NCBI GenBank assembly: GCA_038523235.1
Contig: JBCBJQ010000036.1
Coordinates: 1 to 51,702 of the forward strand
Direction: 5' to 3'
DNA length: 51,702 nucleotides
Source of the DNA: Cyanobacteria bacterium J06626_4
GTDB lineage: Bacteria; Cyanobacteriota; Cyanobacteriia; Phormidesmidales; Phormidesmidaceae
Made by a program: the position numbers and the translations under genes. Positions 9,096 through 19,291 of the stretch are shown in pieces; the stretch's first letter is position 1; each line of letters opens with the position of its first letter. Below the pieces are notes generated by a model, which was not told the DNA's origin, did not search any database, and saw only the letters and a program-made list of their open reading frames with translations.

Positions 9096-9431
9096 ATGCG
9101 AATTTTATCCATCCCTCTAGCACTAGGGCTGAGCAGCTTGTGCCTGTTGAGTGTCACTCAGTCCTCTGCCAACGCCATGCGATTGCGAGATTGTCCGGGG
9201 GTGACTTGGGAGTCCCAGTTTAGTGACTGCAAGATAGTGGACTTTCATGCTGCCCCACCGCCTGTCGAGGTCTTTGAGGTGAGCATGAGACAGTCATTGT
9301 CTGTGACGATCGCCCAATATCAAACGGACTTTGCGATCGCCCATGCGCTGCCGCAGCGGGCTGGTTTACTCGCTTTGCAATACGAGACAGACAGTGCGCC
9401 GACCAGTGTGCAGGTGAGTCAAGTGCCGTAG
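9096..9431 (+). CDS. Small secreted hypothetical protein
   Basis: GGAG RBS, signal peptide ending SANA, Cys pair. Confidence 0.6.
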   Translation: MRILSIPLALGLSSLCLLSVTQSSANAMRLRDCPGVTWESQFSDCKIVDFHAAPPPVEVFEVSMRQSLSVTIAQYQTDFAIAHALPQRAGLLALQYETDSAPTSVQVSQVP

Positions 9432-9586
9432 CCATCATGAGGGCGGCAATTGGCAGCAGTCGGCTTGCCCAACTACTGGGTGAACCGTTTAGCAGGATGT
9501 TCACACTTCAGCCTTGGCGATCGGCTAGGTCAGGACGGTAAATCTACCATTTTGGCGATCGCCCCCAGGCTCAGTTCAACTGGGTG

Positions 9587-10081
9587 CTAGCGGGGGATAT
9601 CTAACGGCAGAATTTCACTCCGAACGCTCTCACCCGAAATGGTCAGGCGGCCAACGGCGATCGGCAGTTTGAACCGCCTTGGCCCAGCACTCCCTGGATT
9701 GAGGTAAAGCGTCCTGTCTTTTTCGGCGATGTTTGGTTGGTGCGAGTGGCCTGACACCACAACCCGGAAACCGGCTGCTTGCGGGTCCAGATCGAGCGCT
9801 TTCAGGTTGTGGAGTACATAGATCAGCACATCGTTGGCCTGCACGACTTCCGTCTCGGGGAACGCTTCGGCCCACGCTGCTTGATCGATATTGCCGCGAA
9901 TCGCTTTAACGGGGGCGATTCTCCTGCGGAGAGGCTACGCCAACGCTGCCAACTGCTCAATCACTTCCAAGCGACCAATATCACCCGCGTGAATAATCAG
10001 GTCGCTCCCCTGCAGAGCAGAAACGGCTTCAGGTCGCAGCAAGCCGTGGGTATCTGAAATCACTCCAATAGTTTTACGCAT
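9587..10081 (-). pseudogene. YfcE/MJ0936-type metallophosphoesterase interrupted by an in-frame TAG carried on a 24-nt insertion
   Basis: Reads MRKTIGVISDTHG...IIHAGDIG...LAA[LA*PLRRR]IAPVKAIRGNID...HN...SGHSH...LNPGSAGPRRF; stop at 9935-9937. Confidence 0.85.
9920..9943 (-). mobile_element. SDR5-like small dispersed repeat inserted into a HIP1 site
   Basis: Minus strand reads GCG|TTGGCGTAGCCTCTCCGCAGGAGA|ATCGC. Removing the insert restores GCGATCGC and the uninterrupted ORF. Internal hairpin TCTCC-GCA-GGAGA. Confidence 0.8.
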
Positions 10082-10110
10082 ACAAGTTTAGTTTTACTAT
10101 GGAGTCAATT

Positions 10111-12990
10111 TTATAATGAGCGCTTGGCTGCATTTTCGATTAGATATCGCAATCCTTCAAACGTCATTTCATCTGGAGAGGGAAGCTCGGGAAAATCGTC
10201 TTTCTCGACGCAGAGATCGTAGGCAGCTGTGATAGCGGTGAGAAGACTTTGAAAAGCGGTTTGCCAATCCATCTCCGAGACGCCATCTGCCCGACTGTCT
10301 TTGAGATGCCCTTGCAAATAAGAGTATGCTCTTGGGTCACTTTTTGGTTGTGTGATAGTTAGACCAATATAAGCAATTGCTCCCTGCCCCTTTATAAAAG
10401 TCGGATCGTTATACGCATCATAGAGCGCTCGAAAATTCACTCCTAAGTTCGCAAGTGCAATTCTCGCATTATTATTATTGGGTTTAGTCTTCGAAGCTTG
10501 ATCGGTGAGGGAAATAGCTTGAAGCAAGACGGCAAAAGCTTGATTCTTGACACTAGATTCTGCTGTCCCCCACTCGACAAAGAATCCGCGATTATCCTGA
10601 ATCTCGTTTATCTTTTCTCGAAAGAGTAGAATAGCTTGATTTGGCTCTCCAGCTATTCGATAAATATTAGCTAAGTTCACCAAGAGCTGATGATTGCTTG
10701 GATCTCTTTCTAGAAACGCTTTGCCAATCTGAATCGCTAAATCGGGTCTTGCCGAATCATTAAAGTGTTTTGTTGCCTCGTAAAACCAACGGTGTAAATC
10801 TGGTACAAAATCATCTTTTAATCTGGCTACGATTGCTGCTTTCGCTAAGTCAACATATAACTCATCAATATCCTCTTGCTCAGTCAAAATTTCTATCGTC
10901 GCTTCGGCAATGGATTTGTGGCGGGTAAAAATAAAGTTCCTCGCTTGAGTGGCGGCAGCCTCTTTGCCTAAGGGAACGAGAACCTTGGGTTTTAAGGCAC
11001 GCCCCTCTGGCAAGCCCAAAACCTCTACGAGTACGGGTTTGGAAAGAAACATCAAACCTTCCGAATGCATGGCGGCAATGTATCCAAAGGCTTGTTGCAG
11101 ATTACCTCCACCTGGAATCTCTCGATGGGCAAAACGATTGAGCATCTTTCTAAGATGCTCTTTGAGTTGATCCCCAATTCGCATTTTTAGCATCGCTCCA
11201 AAAAAAGCACCTTCTCCTGTAGTGGCTTCTTTTTCCGCCGATTCCACCAATAGCTGCGCTGCTTCTGTCAGAGACTTATCGGAAAGTTGTCCTAAACCTT
11301 TTTCACCATATTGTTGCCAAGCCTGTACCACCAGAGTTGAATCTTCTAATGTCAAACCACTAATGGATTTTTTATGAAAATGAGTAACAGTTGACCAGTC
11401 GCGTTTTTTTTTGGCTTCCTGCTCTGCGGCAATCCAATCAGTATCTCGACAAGTCAACAAGAATTGAACATCCTGCCGCCCATCTCTTTGCAACGCACGG
11501 GCAACTTGAAAAACATCTTCGGCAATTAGATCTGCATCGTCGCTAGTAATCAACCACTGATAGTCTCCTTCGGGTAGGGCAAGAATATCATCAGCAGAGA
11601 GACCAGCTTCAGGATCATACCGCCAGATTATTTGCCAGGAAGGATCGCCATTTACTAAATCTACAATTGTCTGAAAAACAGCAGTTGATTTACCTTCGCC
11701 ACCAGCTCCCAATAATAAAGCCACGGTGGGCTTATTTTGACTACGCCCCCCAGCAATCGTATCTTGCAGCTCCTGAACGATAGCTCGCCGAGGAATAACT
11801 GGAGACAAAGCAATTCGCCAATCGGGTGTGCCCCCGTCAAAATATTGCACCGCTTCTTGCTCAGACAATGCGTTTTTGGCAAGCGCAGCCCTCCGACTCG
11901 CTAAGGTACTCAGATTTTCATGATTCCAACCTTCCGGGAGTGTCACCTTTAGCACCTGGGCTTTTGAGGCACTAGTTGAGTGCTGTTGACCAGCTTGAGA
12001 TGTTCCTGGCAAGGCAAATTCCCACCATTTACCATCTTGCGCTTCTCGTTCTGGAGAAAATGCGTCACTGCTCATCACCCACCCATCATGATCCATAGAC
12101 CAATGTCGAGGCTGCAGCCGTAGTTTTTGCTGCTCCAAGTCCAACTCGCCCCACAGCAAGCCATTTCGCCAAACTTCATCATCACGGGCCTGAAAAGCAG
12201 CTCCAGCCTGGATACTGAGAAAAGGTTTACCTGCACTATTCTCTTGTCCTCTGGCTCTAGCGCGGTGGAGATGCCCGTGGAGGTAAAGAACGTGATGCTT
12301 ACCGAAAAATTGTCGGATGCGGTTAGCCTCTTTTTCGAGAAACCAATCCAGTGGATGATGGCCAAGGACAATCCGCAAATCGCAGTCAGGCAGACCTTCT
12401 AAAGCATCTTGAACGAGGTTAAGTCCTGGTGTGAGGTTGCCTTTGTCTTTGTCATCTTTAGATAGCCAGGCCGTGTTAATTCCTACAATGCCAAGGCTGA
12501 CACCATGAATGTCCACAATTTCGGTAAAAGTTCCAGTAGGGGTGTCCAGCCAGTTTTCTGCAGCATGACTTTCATCATTTTCTATATAAGCCTGGACCCC
12601 ACTTAACACAAATGTTTGCCGAGTCGACTGACTTTCTGGGGTGACATCGAACACCATCGCATCTTGAGTACCCATCGCTTCGCGATCCAAGAATTTGACA
12701 CGAGAGCGATCAACGTCATGATTTCCAGGCACAGCAAAGATCTTTCCTTGCCAGTCGTTTCCGAAAATGGTTTCAAGTTCTGCCAAGAATTCATAGTTGA
12801 AGATGTCATACTCACTGGCCTGACCTCGGTTAGCAATATCACCAGTGATAAAAACCAGGTCGGGCACCCAACCGTCTGCCTGCTTTTCCCTGACGTGGTC
12901 AAGAATCGCTTTGAAGATTTTGCGCTGGGCATAGTCGTCTTTGCCGACATGAAAATCTGAGAGGTGCAAATAGCGAATCAGGTATTCCAT
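10111..12990 (-). CDS. Calcineurin-like phosphoesterase + P-loop (STAND-like) NTPase + TPR-like protein; candidate anti-phage sensor-effector
   Basis: HLSDFH, TGDIA, PGNHD, GHHP and HGHLH motifs; Walker A GAGGEGKST; Walker B-like LITSDDAD; helical C-terminus (NLANIYRIAGEPNQAILLF); AT-richer DNA. Confidence 0.8.
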   Translation of the reverse strand: MEYLIRYLHLSDFHVGKDDYAQRKIFKAILDHVREKQADGWVPDLVFITGDIANRGQASEYDIFNYEFLAELETIFGNDWQGKIFAVPGNHDVDRSRVKFLDREAMGTQDAMVFDVTPESQSTRQTFVLSGVQAYIENDESHAAENWLDTPTGTFTEIVDIHGVSLGIVGINTAWLSKDDKDKGNLTPGLNLVQDALEGLPDCDLRIVLGHHPLDWFLEKEANRIRQFFGKHHVLYLHGHLHRARARGQENSAGKPFLSIQAGAAFQARDDEVWRNGLLWGELDLEQQKLRLQPRHWSMDHDGWVMSSDAFSPEREAQDGKWWEFALPGTSQAGQQHSTSASKAQVLKVTLPEGWNHENLSTLASRRAALAKNALSEQEAVQYFDGGTPDWRIALSPVIPRRAIVQELQDTIAGGRSQNKPTVALLLGAGGEGKSTAVFQTIVDLVNGDPSWQIIWRYDPEAGLSADDILALPEGDYQWLITSDDADLIAEDVFQVARALQRDGRQDVQFLLTCRDTDWIAAEQEAKKKRDWSTVTHFHKKSISGLTLEDSTLVVQAWQQYGEKGLGQLSDKSLTEAAQLLVESAEKEATTGEGAFFGAMLKMRIGDQLKEHLRKMLNRFAHREIPGGGNLQQAFGYIAAMHSEGLMFLSKPVLVEVLGLPEGRALKPKVLVPLGKEAAATQARNFIFTRHKSIAEATIEILTEQEDIDELYVDLAKAAIVARLKDDFVPDLHRWFYEATKHFNDSARPDLAIQIGKAFLERDPSNHQLLVNLANIYRIAGEPNQAILLFREKINEIQDNRGFFVEWGTAESSVKNQAFAVLLQAISLTDQASKTKPNNNNARIALANLGVNFRALYDAYNDPTFIKGQGAIAYIGLTITQPKSDPRAYSYLQGHLKDSRADGVSEMDWQTAFQSLLTAITAAYDLCVEKDDFPELPSPDEMTFEGLRYLIENAAKRSL

Positions 12991-13091
12991 AGCTACGAGG
13001 CTCTTTGACAGAAGATCAACGATTTCTACCTATACTAGTTTGGGAATCTCAATCAGGCGCTATCCTGCCCTGCCTTACTTTTCGACACCAG

Positions 13092-13574
13092 ATGTCCAAC
13101 GTAAAATCTCCACACACAACATCACCAGAGTTTGAACTAGGCCTGCTTAAAGACGAATATTTCTTTCTGCAAGCCACGATTGAAGACTACAACCGGCAAA
13201 TTTGGATCATCAAAGCCCTGGGTATTACGGGGACAGGGGCGGCAATTGCCCTTGCATTTCAGCAAAAGCAAGATCTAGTAGTACTACTCGGTTCAGCGAT
13301 TCCTCTATTTTTCTGGATCCTCGAAAGTCAATGGAAGCACTTTCAACGAGGTTTCTATCCACGTGTCGCAGAGGTAGAGGAAATTTTGCGAAAGGATTTT
13401 CATTTGAGAAGTCCAGCTGTATATGGTGATTGGTGTCGCTCCTTTAAGCGAAATACAGCTTCTAAACGCAGAGGTTACCTCTGGGACGGCTTATTTAACC
13501 CCAGCGTCTTTGTCAGTTACATCCTAGAGATCATCTCTCTCTTACTCATGTGGAAGTTTGTTCCCTTCACTTAA
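13092..13574 (+). CDS. Small membrane protein (2-3 TM), unknown function
   Basis: ATG at 13092; helical N-terminus, TM hairpin (ALGITGTGAAIALAF / LVVLLGSAIPLFFWIL) and a C-terminal TM. Confidence 0.7.
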   Translation: MSNVKSPHTTSPEFELGLLKDEYFFLQATIEDYNRQIWIIKALGITGTGAAIALAFQQKQDLVVLLGSAIPLFFWILESQWKHFQRGFYPRVAEVEEILRKDFHLRSPAVYGDWCRSFKRNTASKRRGYLWDGLFNPSVFVSYILEIISLLLMWKFVPFT

Positions 13575-13704
13575 TTATTTATTTATCTAGCTTCTCAATT
13601 CTCTTAATAAGGATGCCAAAAGACATAATCGGCATGTCTATCAGGAGCAAATGTAGGTGTTTGGGGGCAGAACAGTCTCATAGGTCATGTGATGAACCCT
13701 GCGC

Positions 13705-13903
13705 TTAATCCACTAAGCCGCGACGGACGGCGGCGACAGCCGCTTGGACGCGATCGCTCACCACGAGCTTATTCATAATCCCCTTCACATAGGTCTTGAC
13801 CGTGTTGGGACTGAAGATAGAGTTTTTGACCGATTTCGGTGTTACTCAAACCTTCGACAATGAGTTCCAGGACTTCGTGTTCGCGATCGCTCAGCTCATT
13901 GAA
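13705..13903 (-). pseudogene. Remnant of a LuxR-type HTH (response regulator C-terminus)
   Basis: With two frameshifts reads FNELSDREHEVLELIVEGLSN/EIGQKLYL/SPNTVKTYVKGIMNKLVVSDRVQAAVAAVRRGLVD*; no receiver domain. Confidence 0.75.
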
Positions 13904-13928
13904 ATAGGCCACGAACATTCAGCAATGA

Positions 13929-15332
13929 CTATTGTGATGAAACTTGGGCCTCGATTGTGGCAGCAGCATCGGAGTCACCGTGCTGGGTTTTAACCCACTT
14001 CAACCGTTTAGGCCGAATTGCCATGCGGCTAGTCACTGCCGCGACAATGACAAACCAGTGGGTCATATAAATCATGCCGCGCCCAGTTTGCACCCAGAGG
14101 GAAAACGCCGAGGCCTTTTGGGTTTGCTTGAGCCCCTGAGCCATGCTCACCGTCGCGAACAACACCGCCACGCTCGACAATGGCACCAGCATCGGCAAGC
14201 GGTTGCGCGCCAGGGCCAGGGCAAAGTCGGGAAAAGCTGCCGTGGGTAGACCGTACTGAATGAGCCAAAAAATGAGAAGATCAAAGGTTTTGCCCCAGCC
14301 CAAGCGTTTGGGCGTGAGCAGTTGCCAATAGTCAAGGTATCGTTGGTAGCCGCCCTCGGCCCAGCGATTGCGTTGATGCCATAGCGGCAGGGCTTTGACA
14401 ACGCCCTCTTCCCAAACGGTGGGCGTCATGAATAAGGGGACATCCCAACCGTTCACGTGCAGCTTGAGGGTGAGGTCGAGGTCGTCGGTAATGGTTTCTT
14501 CATTCCAACCACCGCACTGTTCCAGCGCTGCCCGGCGCACAAATTGACCGTTGCCGCGCAGTTCGCCAATGCCATTCACAGTGCCGCGCTGGCGCTGACA
14601 GTTGGCGTCAAAGGCCATCTCTGCCACTTGGCTGCGTGTCCAAAAGTTATCGGTGCTGTTGGCGATCGCCTTGCGTAGTTGCACCGCCCCGACCGGCGCT
14701 TGTTCAAACATCGGCACCACTTGCCGCAGACAGTCGGCAGAGATCTGCGCATCGGCATCAAACACCAGCAAAATCGACCCCGCAGTGGTGGGCCAAACCT
14801 GATTCAGAGCCCCGGATTTACCGCCAGTCGCCGTTTGGTCACGATGGACGACCTGTAAATTGGGATGCTGCTGGGCCACCTGATCCATCAGTTGGCTGGT
14901 GCCATCAGTACTGTGATCATCAATCAGCCACACATCAAAGCGCTCAGCGGGGTAATCAATGGCCATCAGGGAATTGGCCAACCGTTGGATGACGCTGACT
15001 TCATTTTTCGCCGCCACCAAAATTGACACGTAGGGCCAGTGGGTCAGATCGGTTCTAGCCTGTTCTTCCACCGCCGTGTCGTGCCAACTGGGCAGGGCTG
15101 CCGGGCGGCGCTGGGGCCGGGTCAGCAAGAGTCGCAACAGATGTGCCCCCATCATGGCGGCTAAACCATACACCACCCACTGCCCCCAAGCCAGCAGGTG
15201 CACCGCTGCCGTACAGGACCAGACGCCCGCCAGCGCGATCGCGGCTTTCAGTCGTCGTCGCTCATACCGATGGAAATCGTCAGCCGCGAGGGGTAATAAA
15301 TCAACCGAGTCTGTCTTGTCCCCATTGAACAT
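13929..15332 (-). CDS. mgdA: GT2 monoglucosyldiacylglycerol synthase
   Basis: VSILVAAKNE, GGKSGALN, VFDADA, GELRGNGQFVRR, GGWNEETITDDLDLT, HQRNRWAEGGYQRYLDYW, RPKRLKWVKT; start uncertain (15332 ATG or up to 15437). Confidence 0.85.
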   Translation of the reverse strand: MFNGDKTDSVDLLPLAADDFHRYERRRLKAAIALAGVWSCTAAVHLLAWGQWVVYGLAAMMGAHLLRLLLTRPQRRPAALPSWHDTAVEEQARTDLTHWPYVSILVAAKNEVSVIQRLANSLMAIDYPAERFDVWLIDDHSTDGTSQLMDQVAQQHPNLQVVHRDQTATGGKSGALNQVWPTTAGSILLVFDADAQISADCLRQVVPMFEQAPVGAVQLRKAIANSTDNFWTRSQVAEMAFDANCQRQRGTVNGIGELRGNGQFVRRAALEQCGGWNEETITDDLDLTLKLHVNGWDVPLFMTPTVWEEGVVKALPLWHQRNRWAEGGYQRYLDYWQLLTPKRLGWGKTFDLLIFWLIQYGLPTAAFPDFALALARNRLPMLVPLSSVAVLFATVSMAQGLKQTQKASAFSLWVQTGRGMIYMTHWFVIVAAVTSRMAIRPKRLKWVKTQHGDSDAAATIEAQVSSQ

Positions 15333-15756
15333 CCGCTTACCACCTCGCCTCTTGCTGCCGGTTGTGAATATCTCTACGCTCGTTGCTCTGGCTGGCGACT
15401 TTGTTGATGGCTCAGCAATGAACCTGGGTATCCTCAAAGCACTGCAGCAAACCCATCAGCGCTTGCCGATGGCCGGGTTAGAGCCTGTCCCTAAGGGCTT
15501 CCTAGCGGTCACCTTTAAGCGGGGTCAAACGGTTCGTCGGGCCGGGGGGTTGCGGGCGGTCGCCAGTTTACAGCTCTTCATCATCCTAGCTGCTTAAGGT
15601 CGATGAAATGGCAAAGCGACGTCGGCAAACGGATTTGTTGTGGTATCACTGAGGGCACATAGGGCTCTGCTCTGGAGAGCTGCTTGTGCCGGATGTAGAG
15701 GCTTCAGGCCGCTGCGCACGCTCATTGATTGGGTCAACTGATTTCTATTAGGTGCT

Positions 15757-16137
15757 ATGTCACTGACTTTTGAAGAGATAAAACCTGTCAATAAATCCGA
15801 CATCGGGGTTTATTTGCCTTACTACCAGGGCACCAAACGCAATGCTTTACCGTATGCGATCGGTCTCTACAAGCGCGGGAATTTGGAGGGTGAACGAGCG
15901 ATCGAAGAGGGCGAAAGTATCCCCTTTATCGCCACGTGGAATGTATCGACTTTGCCAGCTGATTTGACGCGCTGTCGCCTACAGTTTGATGATGATGCCG
16001 ATCTCAGTTATGAGATCACCATGGCCACGTTTGAATTCGTCGACTTTTTGTTTGATGTGGTCGTGTCTCTGCGCCACAAGCAGCCCGCCGATTTTTCTAA
16101 GTCTTTCTACCGCAAGCTTTTGCGTTTAGACGATTGA
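15757..16137 (+). CDS. ebsA: Type IV pilus/secretion-associated protein EbsA
   Basis: VYLPYYQG.KRN.LP.AI.LY..G.LEGER.IE.GE.IPF.ATW..S.LPADLTRCR.QFD...DFS..FYRKLLR pattern. Confidence 0.85.
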   Translation: MSLTFEEIKPVNKSDIGVYLPYYQGTKRNALPYAIGLYKRGNLEGERAIEEGESIPFIATWNVSTLPADLTRCRLQFDDDADLSYEITMATFEFVDFLFDVVVSLRHKQPADFSKSFYRKLLRLDD

Positions 16138-16219
16138 CAGCGTGAGGCGGCGCATCGTCAAGTAGTGGCAGAATGGGAAGGGCAATCCACCATACACCCA
16201 CCGGTAAGGAGCTAGAGGA

Positions 16220-17320
16220 GTGCCCAAAACAGCCAAACACCTGATCATTGGCTCAACAGAAGCCTACAGCGGTAAATCGACCCTTTCAATTGCCATTGGT
16301 AGTCAGCTGCAAAAGCTGGGGTTTCAGGTGGGCTGGGGTAAGCCGCTGTCATCAGTGGATACGTATGGCCATGGCCTAGAGCACCTTGATAGCGACTTGA
16401 GCTTTGTGCCCACGACGCTGGCACTGGCCTCCGAACACCAGCCGCCCAATCTGCTGTCTTTAGATAGCAAGACCCTGGTTGATCGATTGCGTCAAGAGGC
16501 AGTGCAAACGCTGGACGACGCCCTCAAGCATTATTGGGAAGATGCCCAGGGCGACATTATGTTGCTAGAGGGGCCATCGACCTTGGAAGAAGGGGCCTTG
16601 TTTAACCTGTCTTTGCCCGAGATGGCAGCCGCCCTCGATGCTCAGGTCATCTTGGTTATGCAATTTGACACTCGTCGCATGGTAGATCAGCTCGTGGCCG
16701 CGCAAAAGCGGCTGGGCCGGGCGCTAATTGGCGTGGTGTTGAATGGCGTGAGTGAATCTGACGTTGCCCTCATTCAAGACACGATCGCCCCCTATTTAGA
16801 ACAGCAGGGCATTGCGGTGATCGCGACGTTGCCGCAGCTATCGTTTTTGCAGGGCATTCGCGTATCGGAGCTAGTGCGGTATTTGGATGCTGAGGTGCTC
16901 TGCAGTGCCGACCATCTCGACTTAGTGGTCGAAAGCCTCAAGATCGGCGCGATGAACGTCAACTCAGCACTTCGCTTTTTTGGTCAAGGCCATCATCAGG
17001 CCGTGGTGACGGGGGGCGATCGCCGCGATTTGCAAATTGCCGCCTTAGAAACTTCGACCCATTGCCTGGTGCTTACAGGGCAGATTGCCCCCACCCGCGA
17101 TGTGTTAGATCTGGCGAAAGATAAAGAAGTGCCTGTGTTATCGGTGGCCACCGATACCCTGACCACCGTGGAGCGGATTGACATGCTGTTTGGGCGGGTG
17201 CCGCTGAATAATCCCGATAAGATTCCGCTGATTCAAGCGCATTTGGCCGATCAGGTGGATATTGAGCGGTTAATCGCGCTGGTAGGGCTCGAAAGACCGG
17301 CGATCGCACCCCGGAGCTAA
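16220..17320 (+). CDS. Phosphotransacetylase-family protein (BioD-like N-terminal domain + DRTGG)
   Basis: IGSTEAYSGKS, LLEGP, IGAMNVNSAL, VVTGGDRRDLQIAALETST. Confidence 0.85.
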   Translation: MPKTAKHLIIGSTEAYSGKSTLSIAIGSQLQKLGFQVGWGKPLSSVDTYGHGLEHLDSDLSFVPTTLALASEHQPPNLLSLDSKTLVDRLRQEAVQTLDDALKHYWEDAQGDIMLLEGPSTLEEGALFNLSLPEMAAALDAQVILVMQFDTRRMVDQLVAAQKRLGRALIGVVLNGVSESDVALIQDTIAPYLEQQGIAVIATLPQLSFLQGIRVSELVRYLDAEVLCSADHLDLVVESLKIGAMNVNSALRFFGQGHHQAVVTGGDRRDLQIAALETSTHCLVLTGQIAPTRDVLDLAKDKEVPVLSVATDTLTTVERIDMLFGRVPLNNPDKIPLIQAHLADQVDIERLIALVGLERPAIAPRS

Positions 17321-17374
17321 TTTTTTCCACCTTGGCTGATACAATGGGCGCGTTCATTTATTCGTGTATCTCCG

Positions 17375-17890
17375 TTGAGTCAGTCCATTGATTCCCCCTT
17401 GGAATCTTCCAAGGTTGATGTCTTTCTGCAAGAGCTGGCTGCGATTCAGCAGTCGGGAGACAAACGCATTGCCATTTTGGGTTCCCGCCACGTGCCGATT
17501 ACCCACCAGCAGATCATCGAGCTGATGACCTACGCCCTTGTGATCGGCGGTAATCGGATCTTGACCTCCGGCGCGACTGGTACCAACTCGGCCGCGATTC
17601 GAGGTGCCCTCAAGGCTGATCCCAACCTGCTGACGGTGATTTTGCCCCAAAGCCTTGAGAAACAGCCCCGCGAGTCGAAAGATCAGCTCAATCAGGTGAT
17701 GCATTTGGTCGAAAATTCGACGAATGATGCGCTGTCGCTCGCCGAAGCCAGTGCGATTTGTAACCAAGAGATCATTTCGCGGTGTCAGCAGCTCATTTGC
17801 TTTGCCTTTCACGACAGCCATACCCTGTTGCGTACCTGCGAAGATGCCGAAGATCAGCGCAAGATCGTCACGCTCTTTTACTTCGACTAA
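17375..17890 (+). CDS. Short DprA/Smf-like (DNA recombination-mediator A) Rossmann protein
   Basis: KRIAILGSRHVP, TSGATGTNSAAIRGA, LICFAFHDS; conserved cyanobacterial neighbour of ebsA; TTG start. Confidence 0.75.
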   Translation: MSQSIDSPLESSKVDVFLQELAAIQQSGDKRIAILGSRHVPITHQQIIELMTYALVIGGNRILTSGATGTNSAAIRGALKADPNLLTVILPQSLEKQPRESKDQLNQVMHLVENSTNDALSLAEASAICNQEIISRCQQLICFAFHDSHTLLRTCEDAEDQRKIVTLFYFD

Positions 17891-18037
17891 GGCAGTTCGC
17901 CAACATCGCGTTCTTGATTGCAGTGGTTTGATACGGCTTCACCCTCACAGCAGCAGTTTTTGTCCTGTGGATAGATATGATTGAGGGGCAACGCCCTCAG
18001 CCCATCTTTCGACTCAGCTCACCCTGCGAGTGCTTTT

Positions 18038-18460
18038 ATGAACTTCTTGACTCGTTTGCCGATGCCAGCCGCCTTACTCGTGTGTATCGTCCTCGGTGCG
18101 GTGTTGATCTACGTGCCTTTTCTATTGGTGGGGGTAGCGCGCCTGCAGGTCGGTTATGACATGTCGGCCCCGCGCACGATGGTCGATAAGTTTCCGCCCT
18201 ATGCGAAGCGGGCCAATTGGGCTCACCAAAATTCTTTCGAGTCGTTCACGCTGTTTGCGCCGGCGGCACTGATGGCCTACGTGACCGGTCAGGATTCACT
18301 GCTGGCCTTGGGAGCCGCGATCGCCTACGTGGTAGCCCGATTGCTGTATAGCCTGTTCTATATTCTCGATATTCCCCTGTTGCGATCGGCCATGTTTGCG
18401 GTGGGCAGTTTGAGTATTTTTACACTGTTTGTCATGAGTTGCCGGTCTGCCTTACTGTAA
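18038..18460 (+). CDS. MAPEG family membrane protein
   Basis: RANWAHQNSFESF, ARLLYSLFYILDIPLLRS; four TM segments. Confidence 0.85.
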   Translation: MNFLTRLPMPAALLVCIVLGAVLIYVPFLLVGVARLQVGYDMSAPRTMVDKFPPYAKRANWAHQNSFESFTLFAPAALMAYVTGQDSLLALGAAIAYVVARLLYSLFYILDIPLLRSAMFAVGSLSIFTLFVMSCRSALL

Positions 18461-18706
18461 ACATGCCTGGGCAATAAATCGCGCTGGGGCAGTGATCAGA
18501 GCTGTGCTGACCTCCAACCCAGCTGAACAGAGCTGTTTTCTGGCAGGGGGTGGCAGTGCCTAACCCTGGTGAGCGGGGAAGCTCCTTTGAGTCCTTCCTC
18601 TCTGCCTCAGTCTTGGTTAGCTGACGGTTAGCGGGCGACGCTAAACACCAACTACGGAAAAACGTTCCGTTAATTTAGACCCTTTTATACCTAAAAATTT
18701 TCGTGT

Positions 18707-19198
18707 ATGGCTTCTACCTACTCCTTCGATATCGTCAGTGAATTTGATCGTCAAGAACTGGTCAATGCCATCGATCAGGCGCGTCGGGAAATTACCACTC
18801 GCTATGATCTTAAAGACAGCAAAACCTCTCTAGAGCTGAATGAGAGCACGATCACGATTGAAACTGACAGCAATATGACGCTGCAGTCGGTGCAAACGAT
18901 TTTGCAAACGAAAGCGGCCAAACGAAATCTCTCGCTGAAGATTTTTGAATTTGGCAAAGCCGACTCGGCCAGCGGCAGTCGGGTGCGACAAGCGGTCACG
19001 CTCAAGCAGGGCATTGATAAAGAAATTGCCAAGGACATCTCTAAGTGCATCCGCGACAATCTTAAAAAAGCCCAGGCCTCGATTCAGGGCGATATGGTGC
19101 GAGTCTCTGCCAAATCAAAGGATGACCTGCAGGCCGCGATTCAACTGTTGAAATCGACTGAATGGCCTGTAGCTCTCCAGTTTACCAATTATCGTTAG
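18707..19198 (+). CDS. yajQ: YajQ family nucleotide/c-di-GMP-binding protein
   Basis: [52 protein letters not shown]. Confidence 0.93.
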   Translation: MASTYSFDIVSEFDRQELVNAIDQARREITTRYDLKDSKTSLELNESTITIETDSNMTLQSVQTILQTKAAKRNLSLKIFEFGKADSASGSRVRQAVTLKQGIDKEIAKDISKCIRDNLKKAQASIQGDMVRVSAKSKDDLQAAIQLLKSTEWPVALQFTNYR

Positions 19199-19291
19199 GC
19201 CGCGATCGCGGCAGTAACGCCGCTATTTTACTGCGCCAATGGGCCCGCCCCGGTGCCCTGAGACTCACCTACTAGCAATAATCTCGGGGCG

